Assembly (NCBI GenBank): GCA_035307565.1
Contig: DATGHZ010000015.1
Span: forward strand, 24,616 to 88,615
Origin: a bacterium
GTDB taxonomy: Bacteria; Sysuimicrobiota; Sysuimicrobiia; Sysuimicrobiales; Segetimicrobiaceae
Direction of reading: 5' to 3'
Length of the DNA: 64,000 nt
Shown: positions 46,415 to 57,027 of the stretch, in pieces
Layout: every line of letters starts with the position of its first letter
Numbering within the stretch: position 1 is the stretch's first letter
Translations under genes and position numbers: made by a program
The notes under the pieces: generated by a model
Told to the model about the DNA's origin: nothing
What the model saw: the letters and a program-made list of their open reading frames with translations, nothing else
Databases searched by the model: none

Positions 46415-49400
46415 TGTCCGGCGGCATTCGCAAGGTCCTCGTCATCGGGTCGGGTCCCATCACGATCGGCCAGGCCGCGGAATTCGACTATTCCGGCAGC
46501 CAGGCGTGCCGCTCGCTGTCGGAAGAGGGCGTCGAAGTCATCCTGATCAACAGCAATCCCGCGACGATCATGACGGACGTCGAGACGGCGGACCGCGTCT
46601 ACATCGAACCCCTCACGGCCGAGTTCGTGACGCGGGTGATCGCGCGGGAGCGGCCGCAGGGCCTGCTCGCGACGCTCGGCGGACAGACGGGCCTCAACCT
46701 CGCGGTCGCGCTGGCCGAGAGCGGGGCCCTTGACGAGTACGGGGTCGCGCTCCTGGGCACGCCGCTTGCGGCGATCCGCCAGGCCGAAGACCGTCAGCTG
46801 TTCAAGGACGCGATGCGGGCGTACGGGGAGCCGGTCCCGGAGAGCGTCGTCGCGCACACCGTGGAGGAGGCCCGCGGGTTCGCCGCCCGGGTCGGCTTCC
46901 CGGTCGTGGTCCGGCCGGCCTACACGCTCGGCGGAACGGGCGGCGGCATCGCGTCCGACGCCCGCGCGCTCGAAGAGATCGTCGCGCGCGGCCTCGCCGT
47001 GAGCCGTATTCACCAGGTGCTGGTCGAGCGCTCGGTCGCCGGCTGGAAGGAGATCGAGTACGAGGTGATGCGCGACCGGCTGGACACGTGCATCACGGTC
47101 TGCAACATGGAGAACCTCGACCCGATGGGCGTGCACACCGGCGACAGCATCGTGATCGCGCCGAGCCAGACGTTGAACGACCGGGAGTACCAAATGCTGC
47201 GCAGCGCGAGCCTGCGCATCATCCGCGGCTTGGGCATCGAAGGCGGCTGCAACATCCAGTTCGCGCTCGATCCGCAGAGCGCCCGGTACTACGTCATCGA
47301 GGTCAACCCGCGGGTCAGCCGCTCGAGCGCGCTCGCCAGCAAGGCGACCGGGTACCCGATCGCGCGCGTCGCCGCCAAGATCGCGCTCGGCCGCACGCTG
47401 GACGAGATCCGCAACGCGGTCACCGGTCAGACCTACGCGTGTTTCGAGCCCGCGCTCGACTACTGCGTTGTCAAGATTCCGCGCTGGCCGTTCGACAAGT
47501 TTCCGAACGTCGACCGGCGCCTCGGGACGCAGATGCAGGCGACCGGCGAAGTGATGGCGATCGGGCGCACGGTCGAGGAGGCGCTCCTCAAGGCGCTGCG
47601 GTCGCTCGACCAGCGCGTCGACGGGCTCGAGTACGCGGCGGCGGCCGGCTGGTCGCGGGAAGCCCTCCGGCAGCGGATCGCCGAGCCGTGCGACGAGCGG
47701 CTGTTCGCGATCGCGGAGGGGCTGCGCCGCAGCATGCTGCCACAGGAGATCGCCGACCTCTCGCGGATGGACCTCTTCTTCATCAACAAGATCGCGAACA
47801 TCGTGGGGATGCTGCGGGGCCTGCGCACCCACCGCGATCCCGAGACGCTGCGGGCGGCGAAACGGCTCGGCCTGCCGGACACCGCGATCGCGCGCGCGTG
47901 GGAGACGACGGCCGACGCGGTGCGCGAGGCGCGGGCGCGCCAAGGCCTCCGGCCCGTCTACAAGGTCGTGGACACCTGCGCGGGCGAGTTCCCCGCCGTC
48001 ACACCGTATTTCTACTCCACCTACGGACGCGAAGACGAGGTCCCGGACCCGGGGCCCCGCCGCCGGGTCGTCGTCCTCGGGTCGGGCCCGATCCGGATCG
48101 GCCAGGGCATCGAGTTCGACTACTCGAGCGTGCACGCCGTGAAGGCGCTTCGCGACGCCGGCCTCGACGCGGTGTTGATCAACAACAACCCCGAGACGGT
48201 CAGCACGGATTTCGATGTCGCCAGCCGGCTGTACGTGGAGCCGCTGACCGTCGAAGACGTGCTCCACGTCGTCGAGCGTGAAGCGGCGGACGGCGTGATC
48301 GTGCAGGTCGGCGGGCAGACCGGCCTCAATCTCGCCGGTCCGCTCGCCGCGCACGGCGTGCGGGTGCTCGGTACGCCGGTGGAGGGTCTCGATGCCTCGG
48401 AGGACCGCGGCAAGTTCGACGAGGTGCTCCGCCGGCTCGAGATTCCGCGCCCCGCCGGCGACGCGGTGCGGTCCATCGAGGAGGGCCGGGCCGCGGCGGC
48501 GCGCCTCGGCTTTCCGCTGCTCGTCCGGCCGTCCTACGTGCTGGGCGGCCGCGGCATGGAAATCGTGATGACCGAGGACGAGCTCGTGCGGTACCTCCGC
48601 TCGGCGTTCGAGACGGACGCCGAGCACCCGGTGCTGATCGACACCTACATCGAAGGCACCGAGGTCGAGGTGGACGCGATCAGCGACGGCGACGCGGTCT
48701 TTCTGCCCGGCGTCATGGAGCACATCGAGCGCGCCGGCGTGCACTCCGGGGACAGCATCGCAGTGTTTCCGGCCCAGCACCTCACGCCCGAGGAGACGGA
48801 TCAGGTCGTCGACGCGACGGTCGCGATTGCCCGCGCACTCGGCGTCCGAGGGTTCCTGAACATCCAGTTCGTCGTCAAGACCGGGCGCGTCTACGTCCTC
48901 GAGGCGAATCTGCGGAGCAGCCGCACGATTCCGTTCGTGAGCAAGGCGTCCGGCGCGCCGCTCGTCCGCCTGGCCGTCCACGTGATGCTGGGCCGGAGCC
49001 TCGCCGATCTCGGCTACCCCGGCGTGACGCGGCTGCCGGCTCCGGCGCGCGTGTCGGTCAAGGCCCCGGTGTTCAGCAGCGAGAAGATGGCGCAGCTGGA
49101 CGTGCTGCTGGGACCGGAGATGACCTCCACCGGCGAGGTCATGGGCCAGAACAACAGCCTTCCCGGCGCCCTCTACCGCGCGCTCGTCGCGGCCGGCATC
49201 GACATGCCGGACCAGCGGGCGCTGCTCGCCAGCATCGCCGACCGCGACAAGGCCAACGCGATCGGCCTCGTCCGCCGGTTCGTCGCGCTCGGCTTCACCG
49301 TCTACGCGACGGACGACACCGCGCGGTTCCTCGCGGAGCACGGCGTCCACGCGATCCACGTCAGCAAGAACGGCGACCCCGAGACGGCGCTCCGTCTGGT

Positions 49401-49614
49401 GCACGAGCGCGCGGTGAGCCTGGTGCTCAACACCCCGACGCGGGGCCGCACGCCGGGCCGGGCCGGCTTTGCGCTGCGGCGCGCGGCCTTCGAACGGCAC
49501 CTGCCGTGCTTCACGTCGCTCGATACGGCCGCGGCGTTTCTCGATGTCCTGACGGCGATCAAGGCCGGGGAAATCCCGGCGCCGCACGCGGCGATGGAGG
49601 TCTCGCCGCTCTAA
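46414..49614 (+). CDS. carB: Carbamoyl-phosphate synthase large subunit
   Basis: ATG 46414 overlaps the carA stop (TGATG). [24 protein letters not shown] and its internal duplicate [20 protein letters not shown]. Two ATP-grasp halves and an MGS-like C-terminus. 1066 aa. Confidence 0.95.
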   Translation: MSGGIRKVLVIGSGPITIGQAAEFDYSGSQACRSLSEEGVEVILINSNPATIMTDVETADRVYIEPLTAEFVTRVIARERPQGLLATLGGQTGLNLAVALAESGALDEYGVALLGTPLAAIRQAEDRQLFKDAMRAYGEPVPESVVAHTVEEARGFAARVGFPVVVRPAYTLGGTGGGIASDARALEEIVARGLAVSRIHQVLVERSVAGWKEIEYEVMRDRLDTCITVCNMENLDPMGVHTGDSIVIAPSQTLNDREYQMLRSASLRIIRGLGIEGGCNIQFALDPQSARYYVIEVNPRVSRSSALASKATGYPIARVAAKIALGRTLDEIRNAVTGQTYACFEPALDYCVVKIPRWPFDKFPNVDRRLGTQMQATGEVMAIGRTVEEALLKALRSLDQRVDGLEYAAAAGWSREALRQRIAEPCDERLFAIAEGLRRSMLPQEIADLSRMDLFFINKIANIVGMLRGLRTHRDPETLRAAKRLGLPDTAIARAWETTADAVREARARQGLRPVYKVVDTCAGEFPAVTPYFYSTYGREDEVPDPGPRRRVVVLGSGPIRIGQGIEFDYSSVHAVKALRDAGLDAVLINNNPETVSTDFDVASRLYVEPLTVEDVLHVVEREAADGVIVQVGGQTGLNLAGPLAAHGVRVLGTPVEGLDASEDRGKFDEVLRRLEIPRPAGDAVRSIEEGRAAAARLGFPLLVRPSYVLGGRGMEIVMTEDELVRYLRSAFETDAEHPVLIDTYIEGTEVEVDAISDGDAVFLPGVMEHIERAGVHSGDSIAVFPAQHLTPEETDQVVDATVAIARALGVRGFLNIQFVVKTGRVYVLEANLRSSRTIPFVSKASGAPLVRLAVHVMLGRSLADLGYPGVTRLPAPARVSVKAPVFSSEKMAQLDVLLGPEMTSTGEVMGQNNSLPGALYRALVAAGIDMPDQRALLASIADRDKANAIGLVRRFVALGFTVYATDDTARFLAEHGVHAIHVSKNGDPETALRLVHERAVSLVLNTPTRGRTPGRAGFALRRAAFERHLPCFTSLDTAAAFLDVLTAIKAGEIPAPHAAMEVSPL

Positions 49615-49648
49615 AGAAAGACGACGGGGTGAAGTAGAGACTGAAGAG

Positions 49649-50122
49649 ATGATGTTTCGGCGATTGGAAATGCTGATCATGATTGCAGTTTTGGCGATTC
49701 CGTCAACGGGACTCGCAGCAGGTCTTCTTTGGAATGGTGTGCCGCTACCCGAGAATCTCCGTATTGTGCGTCCCCAGCCGGACATAACCAGAAATGTCGC
49801 GGCGTTCTCGGGGAAATGGGAGGGCTGGTGGGGAAACACCAATGAACTTCCGAGCATCCTTGTCGTCGAGGAGATTCACGATAGCGGCGCTCTTCGAGTT
49901 GTTGCCGTTTATGCCTGGGGCGTCTCTCGGGCGTGGGGCATTTCAAAAGCCGGCTGGGTTCGTGTTCCCGGCACCCTCGCAAATGGCGCGGTGCACCTGA
50001 AGGGCCGGCTAAGCGGTGCGCGCGTCACATACCGCATGAACGGCGGATCACTCAACGGACTCTACGACGACAATGGCAAGTTCACGCGCGGCGTGTTTCG
50101 CCGAGCACCAATCACTCGCTAA
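49649..50122 (+). CDS. Hypothetical secreted protein (signal peptide, Trp-rich), in a low-GC patch
   Basis: 157-aa ORF with N-terminal MMFRRLEMLIMIAVLAIPSTGLAAG and GKWEGWWGNTNE. Its A/T-rich codon usage differs from neighbouring genes. No family recognised. Confidence 0.5.
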   Translation: MMFRRLEMLIMIAVLAIPSTGLAAGLLWNGVPLPENLRIVRPQPDITRNVAAFSGKWEGWWGNTNELPSILVVEEIHDSGALRVVAVYAWGVSRAWGISKAGWVRVPGTLANGAVHLKGRLSGARVTYRMNGGSLNGLYDDNGKFTRGVFRRAPITR

Positions 50123-50182
50123 CCCTACGTTCTAAAGAGCCGTTTACCTCTCGGTGAGTTGCTGTCCATATTGTTGTCTTGA

Positions 50183-50941
50183 TCAGAGCCGAAGCAGCCT
50201 TCCGTAGTGCGGCACACAATCGTGATAACCGGCCAGCCGGAGCCCGTGCCAGAACGAGGCTTGAATTGCTGAGACGACGGGCTTGCCACAGACCGCTTCC
50301 AGCCCCTCGATCGATCCGACGGTGCGCAAGTTGGTGCAGGCGATCACGATGGCCTCAGCGTCAGGCCGGTCGACCGAACGAGCCAGCGCCTCCACGGTGT
50401 GGGGCTGCGTGAAGCCGATCGCCAGGTCCTCGTCCAACCCGAGGCAACCGACAGATGCGACCGTGAAGCCGTGTCCGTCCAAGTAATCGACGGCGCGGCC
50501 TGTCACCGTCTCCGTATACGGTGTTGCCAGCGCCACACGCCGCACCCCGAGCGTCCGGAGCGCCGCGACGAGGGCCGTCGTGGTCGTCGTCACCGGGATG
50601 CCCCGGGCGACGTCCGCCATGCGCGCCAGGATGCGGTCGTCGTAACCGCGTCCGCCGATGAAGCTGCCGCTCGTACAGGCAAAGACAATGCTGTGCAGCG
50701 GCGCCGCCGCAAGCAGCCGCGTCGCGTCCATGAGAGGGCCGGCGGCCTCGTCGCCGGCGAGTCCGCTTAAGCGGTCGATGTCAACCTTTCCATCGAGCGG
50801 GATGCGAGTCGTGTGGATCGAGACGCCCTCCGGAGCCATCGCGTAGCACTCCGGCTCCATCACGATGCTGGATGCGATGTACACCAGTCCTATACGGGCG
50901 CGGTGCCCGTAGTTGTCGGGGCGGCGAAGGCCCTGATTCAC
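50183..50941 (-). CDS. Asp/Glu/hydantoin-racemase superfamily protein (maleate cis-trans isomerase / arylmalonate decarboxylase-like)
   Basis: RIGLVYIASS, with two catalytic-type cysteines in FACTSGS and IACTNLR. About 250 aa. GTG start. Confidence 0.7.
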   Translation of the reverse strand: MNQGLRRPDNYGHRARIGLVYIASSIVMEPECYAMAPEGVSIHTTRIPLDGKVDIDRLSGLAGDEAAGPLMDATRLLAAAPLHSIVFACTSGSFIGGRGYDDRILARMADVARGIPVTTTTTALVAALRTLGVRRVALATPYTETVTGRAVDYLDGHGFTVASVGCLGLDEDLAIGFTQPHTVEALARSVDRPDAEAIVIACTNLRTVGSIEGLEAVCGKPVVSAIQASFWHGLRLAGYHDCVPHYGRLLRL

Positions 50942-51219
50942 TGCACGCTACCGTTCGTCGGCAATCGCAGCGTCCTCAGCGCGATCGCGGGCTGCCGGTC
51001 CGGTGGCACGGCGCACAATTCCGGCGAGGCGAACGATCCGATGCGGGTCCGTGCGGCCTATCAGGGCTTCCACGGCTTCCTGGACCGGGGAAATAGACTG
51101 TCCGCCTCATGCACGCCTACCTCCGCTTTAATATCTTAATATCAATACCATATCCTACCTGGGCCGCGCAGACGAGCGTGCACCACGAAGGCAACCTCGG
51201 GACCGCACCGAAGGGCCGG

Positions 51220-51257
51220 CTTGCAACTTTATTCATTAAACTGTATTATTATGCCAC
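51220..51257 (+). promoter_or_regulatory. argC promoter (TTGCAA-N17-TATTAT) overlapped by two 18-bp ARG boxes
   Basis: -35 at 51221-51226 and -10 at 51244-51249. Boxes CTTGCAACTTTATTCATT (51220-51237) and ACTGTATTATTATGCCAC (51240-51257), 2 bp apart. ATG at 51259 with no SD. Confidence 0.7.
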
Positions 51258-51258
51258 C

Positions 51259-52305
51259 ATGGCGGTGCGGGTCGCGGTCATCGGGGCATCCGGATACGGT
51301 GGCGCGGAAGCGGTGCGCTTGCTCGCCACGCATCCGCAGGTCACGCTGAGCCACCTGACGGCCGAGACGCAAAAAGGCAAACGCTTTTCCGACCTTTACC
51401 CCAACCTGCGCGGGTTCGTGGACCTCGTGACAGAAGAGGCCGATCCCGGCGCGCTGGCGGCGGACTCTGATGTGGTGATCGTCTCCCTGCCGAGCGGCAG
51501 GGCGATGGGCCTCGTGCCGGAATTGCTCGAGCGCGGCGCCAGGGTCATCGACGTTGCGGCGGACTTCCGGCTGCACGATGCGGGCCAGTATCCGGTCTGG
51601 TACAAGTTCGAGCACACGGCCCCCAGGTATCTCGCGGAGGCGGTGTATGGGCTCACCGAACTGCATCGCGATCAAATCCGCACGGCGCGCCTCGTCGCCG
51701 ACTGCGGCTGTTACCCTGCGGCGGCGCTGCTGGCCCTCGCCCCCTTCGTGAAGCAGGGCCTCGCCGGCCCCGACGGGATTGTGGTGGATGCGGTCTCGGG
51801 CGTGTCCGGCGCCGGCCGCGGCGGCGCCTCCGGCGGCTACGGCTATTCCGAGACGAACGAAGACCTGCGCCCGTATTCCGTGGCGACGCACAATCACACC
51901 GCCGAGATCGAGCAGGAACTCACCGCGCAGGCGGACGGGCCGGTGCGGGTGACGTTCGTGCCGCATTTGGCGCCGATGACCCGCGGCATTTTGGTCACGG
52001 CGTACGCGCGCCTGGCCCGGGCGGCAGACACCGCGTCGGCCACCGCGGTGCTGCGCGAGGGGTACGCGGGCGAACCGTTCGTGCGCGTGCTGCCGGACGG
52101 GGCGTTGCCGCAAACAAAGGCGACGCTCGGCAGCAACTTCTGCGACGTCGCGGTGCGGGTCGATCCGCGCACGCAGACCCTCATCGCCATGGCCGCGCTC
52201 GATAACCTGGGCAAAGGCGCGGCCGGCCAGGCCGTCCAAAATCTCAACGTGATGTGCGGATTCGCGGAAGACACCGGGCTGCGGACGCCCGGGCTCTACC
52301 CGTAG
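51259..52305 (+). CDS. argC: N-acetyl-gamma-glutamyl-phosphate reductase
   Basis: VAVIGASGYGGAE, active-site ADCGCYPAA, and ALDNLGKGAAGQAVQN. The 50 upstream codons of the ORF are AT-rich promoter sequence. Confidence 0.93.
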   Translation: MAVRVAVIGASGYGGAEAVRLLATHPQVTLSHLTAETQKGKRFSDLYPNLRGFVDLVTEEADPGALAADSDVVIVSLPSGRAMGLVPELLERGARVIDVAADFRLHDAGQYPVWYKFEHTAPRYLAEAVYGLTELHRDQIRTARLVADCGCYPAAALLALAPFVKQGLAGPDGIVVDAVSGVSGAGRGGASGGYGYSETNEDLRPYSVATHNHTAEIEQELTAQADGPVRVTFVPHLAPMTRGILVTAYARLARAADTASATAVLREGYAGEPFVRVLPDGALPQTKATLGSNFCDVAVRVDPRTQTLIAMAALDNLGKGAAGQAVQNLNVMCGFAEDTGLRTPGLYP

Positions 52306-52336
52306 GCATCCGACCGAAGGCACCGGGGGAGGCGGC

Positions 52337-53557
52337 ATGGCGGGCGGCGTATCGCGGCTGGTGCAGGGCGGGGTGACGTCGGCGCAGGGGTTTCTCGCGT
52401 CGGGCGTATACTGCGGCGTCAAAGCGCAGCAGAAAAAGGACCTCGCGGTCGTCTTCTCGCGCGTCCCGGCGGCGGCCGCGGGTGTGTTCACGACCAACAA
52501 GGTAAAGGCGGCGCCCGTGCTGCTGGACATGGAGCGGATCCGCTCCGGGCGCGGGCAGGCGGTGGTGCTCAACAGCGGGAACGCCAACGCCTGCACCGGC
52601 GACCAGGGCATGCGCGACGCGAGGGAGATGGCGCTGCTCGCCGCGCAAGGGCTGGGGATCGCGGAAGACCTGGTGTTCGTCTGCAGCACGGGCGTGATCG
52701 GGCGGGTGCTGCCGATGGACGCGCTGCGGCGCGGCATTCCCGAGGCCGTGCGCCTGCTCAGTCCTGAGGGCGCGGCGGCCGCGGAAGCCATCATGACGAC
52801 CGACACCGTGCCCAAGGCCGCGGCGGTGCAGGTGCCGATCGGCGGGCAGGTGGTCACGGTCGGCGGAATGACGAAAGGCGCCGCGATGATCCACCCGCAG
52901 ATGGCGACCACGCTCACCGTGCTGACAACCGACGCGGCCGTGGCGCCGCCGGTGCTGCAGGCGTCGCTGCGGCGCGCGGCGGAGGTCTCCTATAATCGGA
53001 TCACCGTCGACGGTGACCAGAGCACGAACGACACGATCCTGCTGTTCGCCAACGGGGAGGCGGGCGCGCCGGAGATCACCGAACCCGGCGAGGCGGCCGA
53101 CGCGTTCGAGGCGGCGCTCGTGTCCTGCGCCACGGACCTTGCCCGCATGATCCCGCGGGACGCCGAGGGCGGCACCAAACTCATCGAGGTCACCGTCCGC
53201 GGCGCGCAGAGCGACGAAGACGCCTACCGGGCGGCGCGGGCGATCGCGCTCTCGCCGCTCGTCAAGACGGCCATCTACGGCCGCTCGCCGAACTGGGGCC
53301 GCATCTTCGTTGCGGTGGGCGGCTGCGGCGCCGAGGTCCAGCCCGAACGGATGTCGGTCCGGATCGGGCCGGTGCTCGTGGCGGAGCGCGGCGGGCCGGC
53401 CGGGGAGCCGGAGAGCCTCGATGAAGTGGCGCGGTACATGGCCGGCGACACCATCACGGTCGTCGTGGACCTCGGCCTCGGCAGGGCGGAAACGACGATG
53501 TGGACATGCGACCTGACGGAGCAGTACGTCAAAGAAAACGCCGACTACCTCACGTGA
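52337..53557 (+). CDS. argJ: Bifunctional ornithine acetyltransferase / N-acetylglutamate synthase
   Basis: GFLASGVYCGVK, KGAAMIHPQMATTLTVLTTDA (autocleavage Thr) and WTCDLTEQYVKENADY. RBS GGGGGAGG. Confidence 0.93.
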   Translation: MAGGVSRLVQGGVTSAQGFLASGVYCGVKAQQKKDLAVVFSRVPAAAAGVFTTNKVKAAPVLLDMERIRSGRGQAVVLNSGNANACTGDQGMRDAREMALLAAQGLGIAEDLVFVCSTGVIGRVLPMDALRRGIPEAVRLLSPEGAAAAEAIMTTDTVPKAAAVQVPIGGQVVTVGGMTKGAAMIHPQMATTLTVLTTDAAVAPPVLQASLRRAAEVSYNRITVDGDQSTNDTILLFANGEAGAPEITEPGEAADAFEAALVSCATDLARMIPRDAEGGTKLIEVTVRGAQSDEDAYRAARAIALSPLVKTAIYGRSPNWGRIFVAVGGCGAEVQPERMSVRIGPVLVAERGGPAGEPESLDEVARYMAGDTITVVVDLGLGRAETTMWTCDLTEQYVKENADYLT

Positions 53558-53564
53558 AGGCGCG

Positions 53565-54440
53565 ATGAGCCGGACGCCGATGGTGGCCACGAGCGAAGCC
53601 GTGCCGGCCGGCGGCGTGATCGCCCAGGGGCTCAGGTACGTGAACGCCTGGAAGGGCAAGACGGTCGTCGTCAAGTTCGGCGGCAGCGTCCTGGACGTGG
53701 CCGGCCGGTCCACCATCGCGGAGGACCTCGTGCTGCTGAAGGGCGCCGGGATCGACGCGGTGCTGGTGCACGGCGGCGGCCCCGAAATCACGCGCATGCT
53801 GGAGCGTCTCGGCAAGGTGTCCACATTCGTCGACGGCCTCCGCGTCACGGACGATGAGACGATGGACGTCGTCGAGATGGTGTTGGCGGGCCGCGCGAAC
53901 AAATCGCTGGTCTCGGCGATCACCCAGGCGGGCGGCCGCGCGGTGGGTCTCAGCGGTAAAGACGGGCGCATGCTGCTCGCCCGCAAGTATGAGGCGGATG
54001 TCGATCTCGGCCACGTCGGCGAAGTGGAGGCCGTCGACCCGGGGCTCGTGCGGGCGCTCAGCGCGGACGGGTACATTCCCATCATCGCGTCGATCGGCAT
54101 CGGCCCGGACGGCGCGAGCTACAATCTCAACGCCGACACCGCCGCGGGGGCGCTCGCGATCGCCGTGGGCGCGAGCAAGTTTATTCTGCTGACCGACGTG
54201 GACGGCGTCTACCGGGACCACGAGGCGCGCGCGCTGGTCTCGGAGTTGCGCGCCGCCGACGCCGAGGCGATGATCCGCGACGGGACCATCAGCCGCGGCA
54301 TGATCCCGAAGGTCGCGGCCTGCCTCGACGCGATCCGCGGCGGCGTCCCGAGCGCGCACATCATCAACGGCACGGTCCCCCACGCGCTCCTGGTGGAACT
54401 GTTCACCGAGCGCGGCATCGGGACGATGCTCACACCGTAA
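53565..54440 (+). CDS. argB: Acetylglutamate kinase
   Basis: VVVKFGGS, VLVHGGGPEI, YNLNADTAAGALA and GTML C-terminus. Confidence 0.93.
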   Translation: MSRTPMVATSEAVPAGGVIAQGLRYVNAWKGKTVVVKFGGSVLDVAGRSTIAEDLVLLKGAGIDAVLVHGGGPEITRMLERLGKVSTFVDGLRVTDDETMDVVEMVLAGRANKSLVSAITQAGGRAVGLSGKDGRMLLARKYEADVDLGHVGEVEAVDPGLVRALSADGYIPIIASIGIGPDGASYNLNADTAAGALAIAVGASKFILLTDVDGVYRDHEARALVSELRAADAEAMIRDGTISRGMIPKVAACLDAIRGGVPSAHIINGTVPHALLVELFTERGIGTMLTP

Positions 54441-54462
54441 GGATGCGATCAGGAGGTGGACG

Positions 54463-55689
54463 ATGACGAATCGTGAGATCGCCGACTTGAGTGCCCGGGT
54501 GCTCGCGCCCAACTACCGGCGCGCGCCGGTGGCGTTCCGCGAAGGCCGCGGGATGCGCCTGTGGGACGTCGAGGGCAAGGAGTACCTGGACTTCGTCGCC
54601 GGCATCGCCGTCGATGTCCTCGGCCACTCGCATCCCCGCCTCGTCGCGGCGATCCAGCAGCAGGCCGCGCGGCTCGTCCACGTGTCCAACCTCTTTCAGA
54701 TTCCGGAGCAGGCGCGCCTCGCCGAACGGCTCGTCGCGGTGACCGGGATCCCCGACGGGCGAGTCTTCTTCTGCAACAGCGGCGCGGAGGCGGCGGAGGC
54801 GGCGATCAAACTCGCGCGCAAGGCCGGCCGCACCAAGCGGAATGCCGACGTGTACGAGATCATCGTGGGCAGCCACAGTTTCCATGGGCGGACGATGGGC
54901 GCGCTCGCCGCGACGATGAACCCGAAGTACCACGAGGGCTTTGGGCCGCTCGTCCCCGGGTTCGTGGAAGTGCCGTTCAACGATCTCGGCGCGGTGGAGC
55001 GTGCGGTCGGTCCCAAGACCGCGGCCGTGCTGATGGAACCGGTCCAGGGCGAGGGCGGGATCCATCCCGCGGACGACGCCTTCCTCACGGGTCTCCGGCG
55101 CCTGTGCGACGCCCGGGGGCTGCTCCTAGTGCTCGACGAGATCCAGACCGGATTCGGCCGCACCGGCCGCTGGTTCGCCTACCAGCACGCCGGCGTCGTC
55201 CCGGACATGGTGGCGCTGGCGAAGGGGCTCGGGGGCGGCGTGCCGATCGGCGCCCTCGTCGCGCGCGACGAGATCATGCAGGCGTTCCAGCCGGGCACCC
55301 ACGGCACCACGTTCGGCGGCAACCCGCTCGTGTGCGCGGCCGCCCTTGCCGTGATCGAGACGATCGAGGCCGAACGCCTCGTGGACAACGCGAAGGACAC
55401 CGGCGCCTACCTCATGAGCCGCTTGCGGGAACTGGTGGAGACCGCGTCCGGCATCACGGATGTGCGCGGGCGCGGGCTCCTGGTCGCCGCCGAGGTGACC
55501 GTGCCCTCCGACAAGGTGGTCGCGGCCTGCCTGGCCCGCGGGCTGCTGGTCAACAACGTGCGGCCCACGTCGGTCCGTTTCGTGCCGCCGCTTATCGCCA
55601 CACACGCCGATGTCGACCGGGCGATCGAGTTGTTCGCGGCCGCGCTGCGGGACGTGGCCGCCTCACACGCTGCGGCGCCGGCCGGTTAA
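54463..55689 (+). CDS. argD: Acetylornithine aminotransferase
   Basis: [31 protein letters not shown], and [13 protein letters not shown] (PLP Lys). RBS AGGAGG. Confidence 0.93.
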   Translation: MTNREIADLSARVLAPNYRRAPVAFREGRGMRLWDVEGKEYLDFVAGIAVDVLGHSHPRLVAAIQQQAARLVHVSNLFQIPEQARLAERLVAVTGIPDGRVFFCNSGAEAAEAAIKLARKAGRTKRNADVYEIIVGSHSFHGRTMGALAATMNPKYHEGFGPLVPGFVEVPFNDLGAVERAVGPKTAAVLMEPVQGEGGIHPADDAFLTGLRRLCDARGLLLVLDEIQTGFGRTGRWFAYQHAGVVPDMVALAKGLGGGVPIGALVARDEIMQAFQPGTHGTTFGGNPLVCAAALAVIETIEAERLVDNAKDTGAYLMSRLRELVETASGITDVRGRGLLVAAEVTVPSDKVVAACLARGLLVNNVRPTSVRFVPPLIATHADVDRAIELFAAALRDVAASHAAAPAG

Positions 55690-55711
55690 CGACGGAGGCG
55701 AGGGAGAGGTT

Positions 55712-56992
55712 ATGGCGCAGCCCAAGAACATCGCACTGGCGTACAGTGGAGGCCTCGATACCTCCGTCATCATCCCGTGGCTCAAGGAGCGTTATCCCGG
55801 CGCGCGCGTCGTCGCCATCGTGGCCGATGTCGGCCAGGGCGACGACTTCGACCAGGTCAAGGACAAGGCGCGGCGGAGCGGCGCCGATGCGGTCCACGTC
55901 GTCGACGTGCGGCGCATCTTCGTCACCGACTACATCTGGCCGGCGCTGCGGGCCGACGCGGTCTATGAGGGACGCTACCTGCTCGGCACATCGCTCGCCC
56001 GCCCGCTCATTGCCCGCGCGCAGGTAGAGGTGGCGCTCGCCGAGGGATGCGACGCGCTGGCGCACGGCTGCACCGGTAAGGGCAACGACCAGGTCCGGTT
56101 TGAACTCGCCTACCAGGCGCTGGCTCCGGACCTCGCCGTGATCGCGCCGTGGCGCGAGTGGACCCTCGGTTCGCGGGAAGAGGAGATCGACTACGCGCGG
56201 GCCCACGGCGTTCCCGTGCCGGTGACACGTGAGAAGCCGTACAGCATGGACCAGAACCTCTGGCACCTGAGCTTTGAAAGCGGCATCCTGGAGGATCCGT
56301 GGGCCGAACCGCCGGCGGAGATGTTCCGGCTGACCGTCGACCCGGCGCAGGCGCCTGACACCGCCGAATACCTGGAGATCGGGTTTGAGGGAGGCACGCC
56401 GGTGTCGGTCGACGGCCGCCGGCTCGACCCGGTCGATCTCGTCGCCTCGCTGAACCGCCGGGCCGGCGCCCACGGCGTCGGCCGCGCGGACATCGTGGAG
56501 AACCGGCTCGTCGGCATGAAGAGCCGCGGCGTCTACGAGACACCCGGCGGTACGGTGCTCGTGGATGCGCATCACCATCTGCAGACGATCACGCTCGACC
56601 GCGAGACCCAGCATTTTAAGGCTCTTGTCGCGCCGCGGTACGCCGAGCTCATCTACTACGGGCTGTGGTATTCGCCGCTCCGGCGTGCGCTCGACGCGTT
56701 CGTGTCGTCGACGCAGGAGACCGTGACCGGCAGCGTGCGGGTGAAGCTCTACAAGGGAACGTGCACCGTCGTCGGCCGCCGCGCGGCTCGGTCCGTGTAC
56801 AGCCACGAACTCGCGACGTTCGGCCGCGGGGAAGGCTACGATCAGAAGGACGCCGCCGGCTTCATCCGGCTGTTCGGCCTGCCGACCAAGGTGTTCGCGG
56901 CGGCGAACCCGGAAACCACGAAGGACGCCTCGCCGATTCCGGTGGAGACGCCGGCCGGCGCGTCGGGCCAGGGCGGCCGGGGGACCCGGTAG
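55712..56992 (+). CDS. argG: Argininosuccinate synthase
   Basis: [27 protein letters not shown] and [21 protein letters not shown] 55712 follows GGGAGAGG. Has a roughly 30-aa P/G/A-rich C-terminal tail. Confidence 0.93.
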   Translation: MAQPKNIALAYSGGLDTSVIIPWLKERYPGARVVAIVADVGQGDDFDQVKDKARRSGADAVHVVDVRRIFVTDYIWPALRADAVYEGRYLLGTSLARPLIARAQVEVALAEGCDALAHGCTGKGNDQVRFELAYQALAPDLAVIAPWREWTLGSREEEIDYARAHGVPVPVTREKPYSMDQNLWHLSFESGILEDPWAEPPAEMFRLTVDPAQAPDTAEYLEIGFEGGTPVSVDGRRLDPVDLVASLNRRAGAHGVGRADIVENRLVGMKSRGVYETPGGTVLVDAHHHLQTITLDRETQHFKALVAPRYAELIYYGLWYSPLRRALDAFVSSTQETVTGSVRVKLYKGTCTVVGRRAARSVYSHELATFGRGEGYDQKDAAGFIRLFGLPTKVFAAANPETTKDASPIPVETPAGASGQGGRGTR

Positions 56993-57027
56993 GTCCCTCC
57001 GGGGACGGCCGGGACGCGGGACCGCGT

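Noticed and set aside
46144-49857. 1237-aa minus-strand ORF
   Set aside because: Entirely antisense to carB, whose identity is unambiguous. The translation is low-complexity and R/A/G/P-rich with no recognisable domain.
51229-54512. Minus-strand ORFs of 562, 618 and 320 aa across the arg operon
   Set aside because: Antisense to argC, argJ and argB. These are shadow ORFs. The same reasoning applies to 15199-16926, 16728-17981, 39624-41210, 55592-56806 and 56842-58587.
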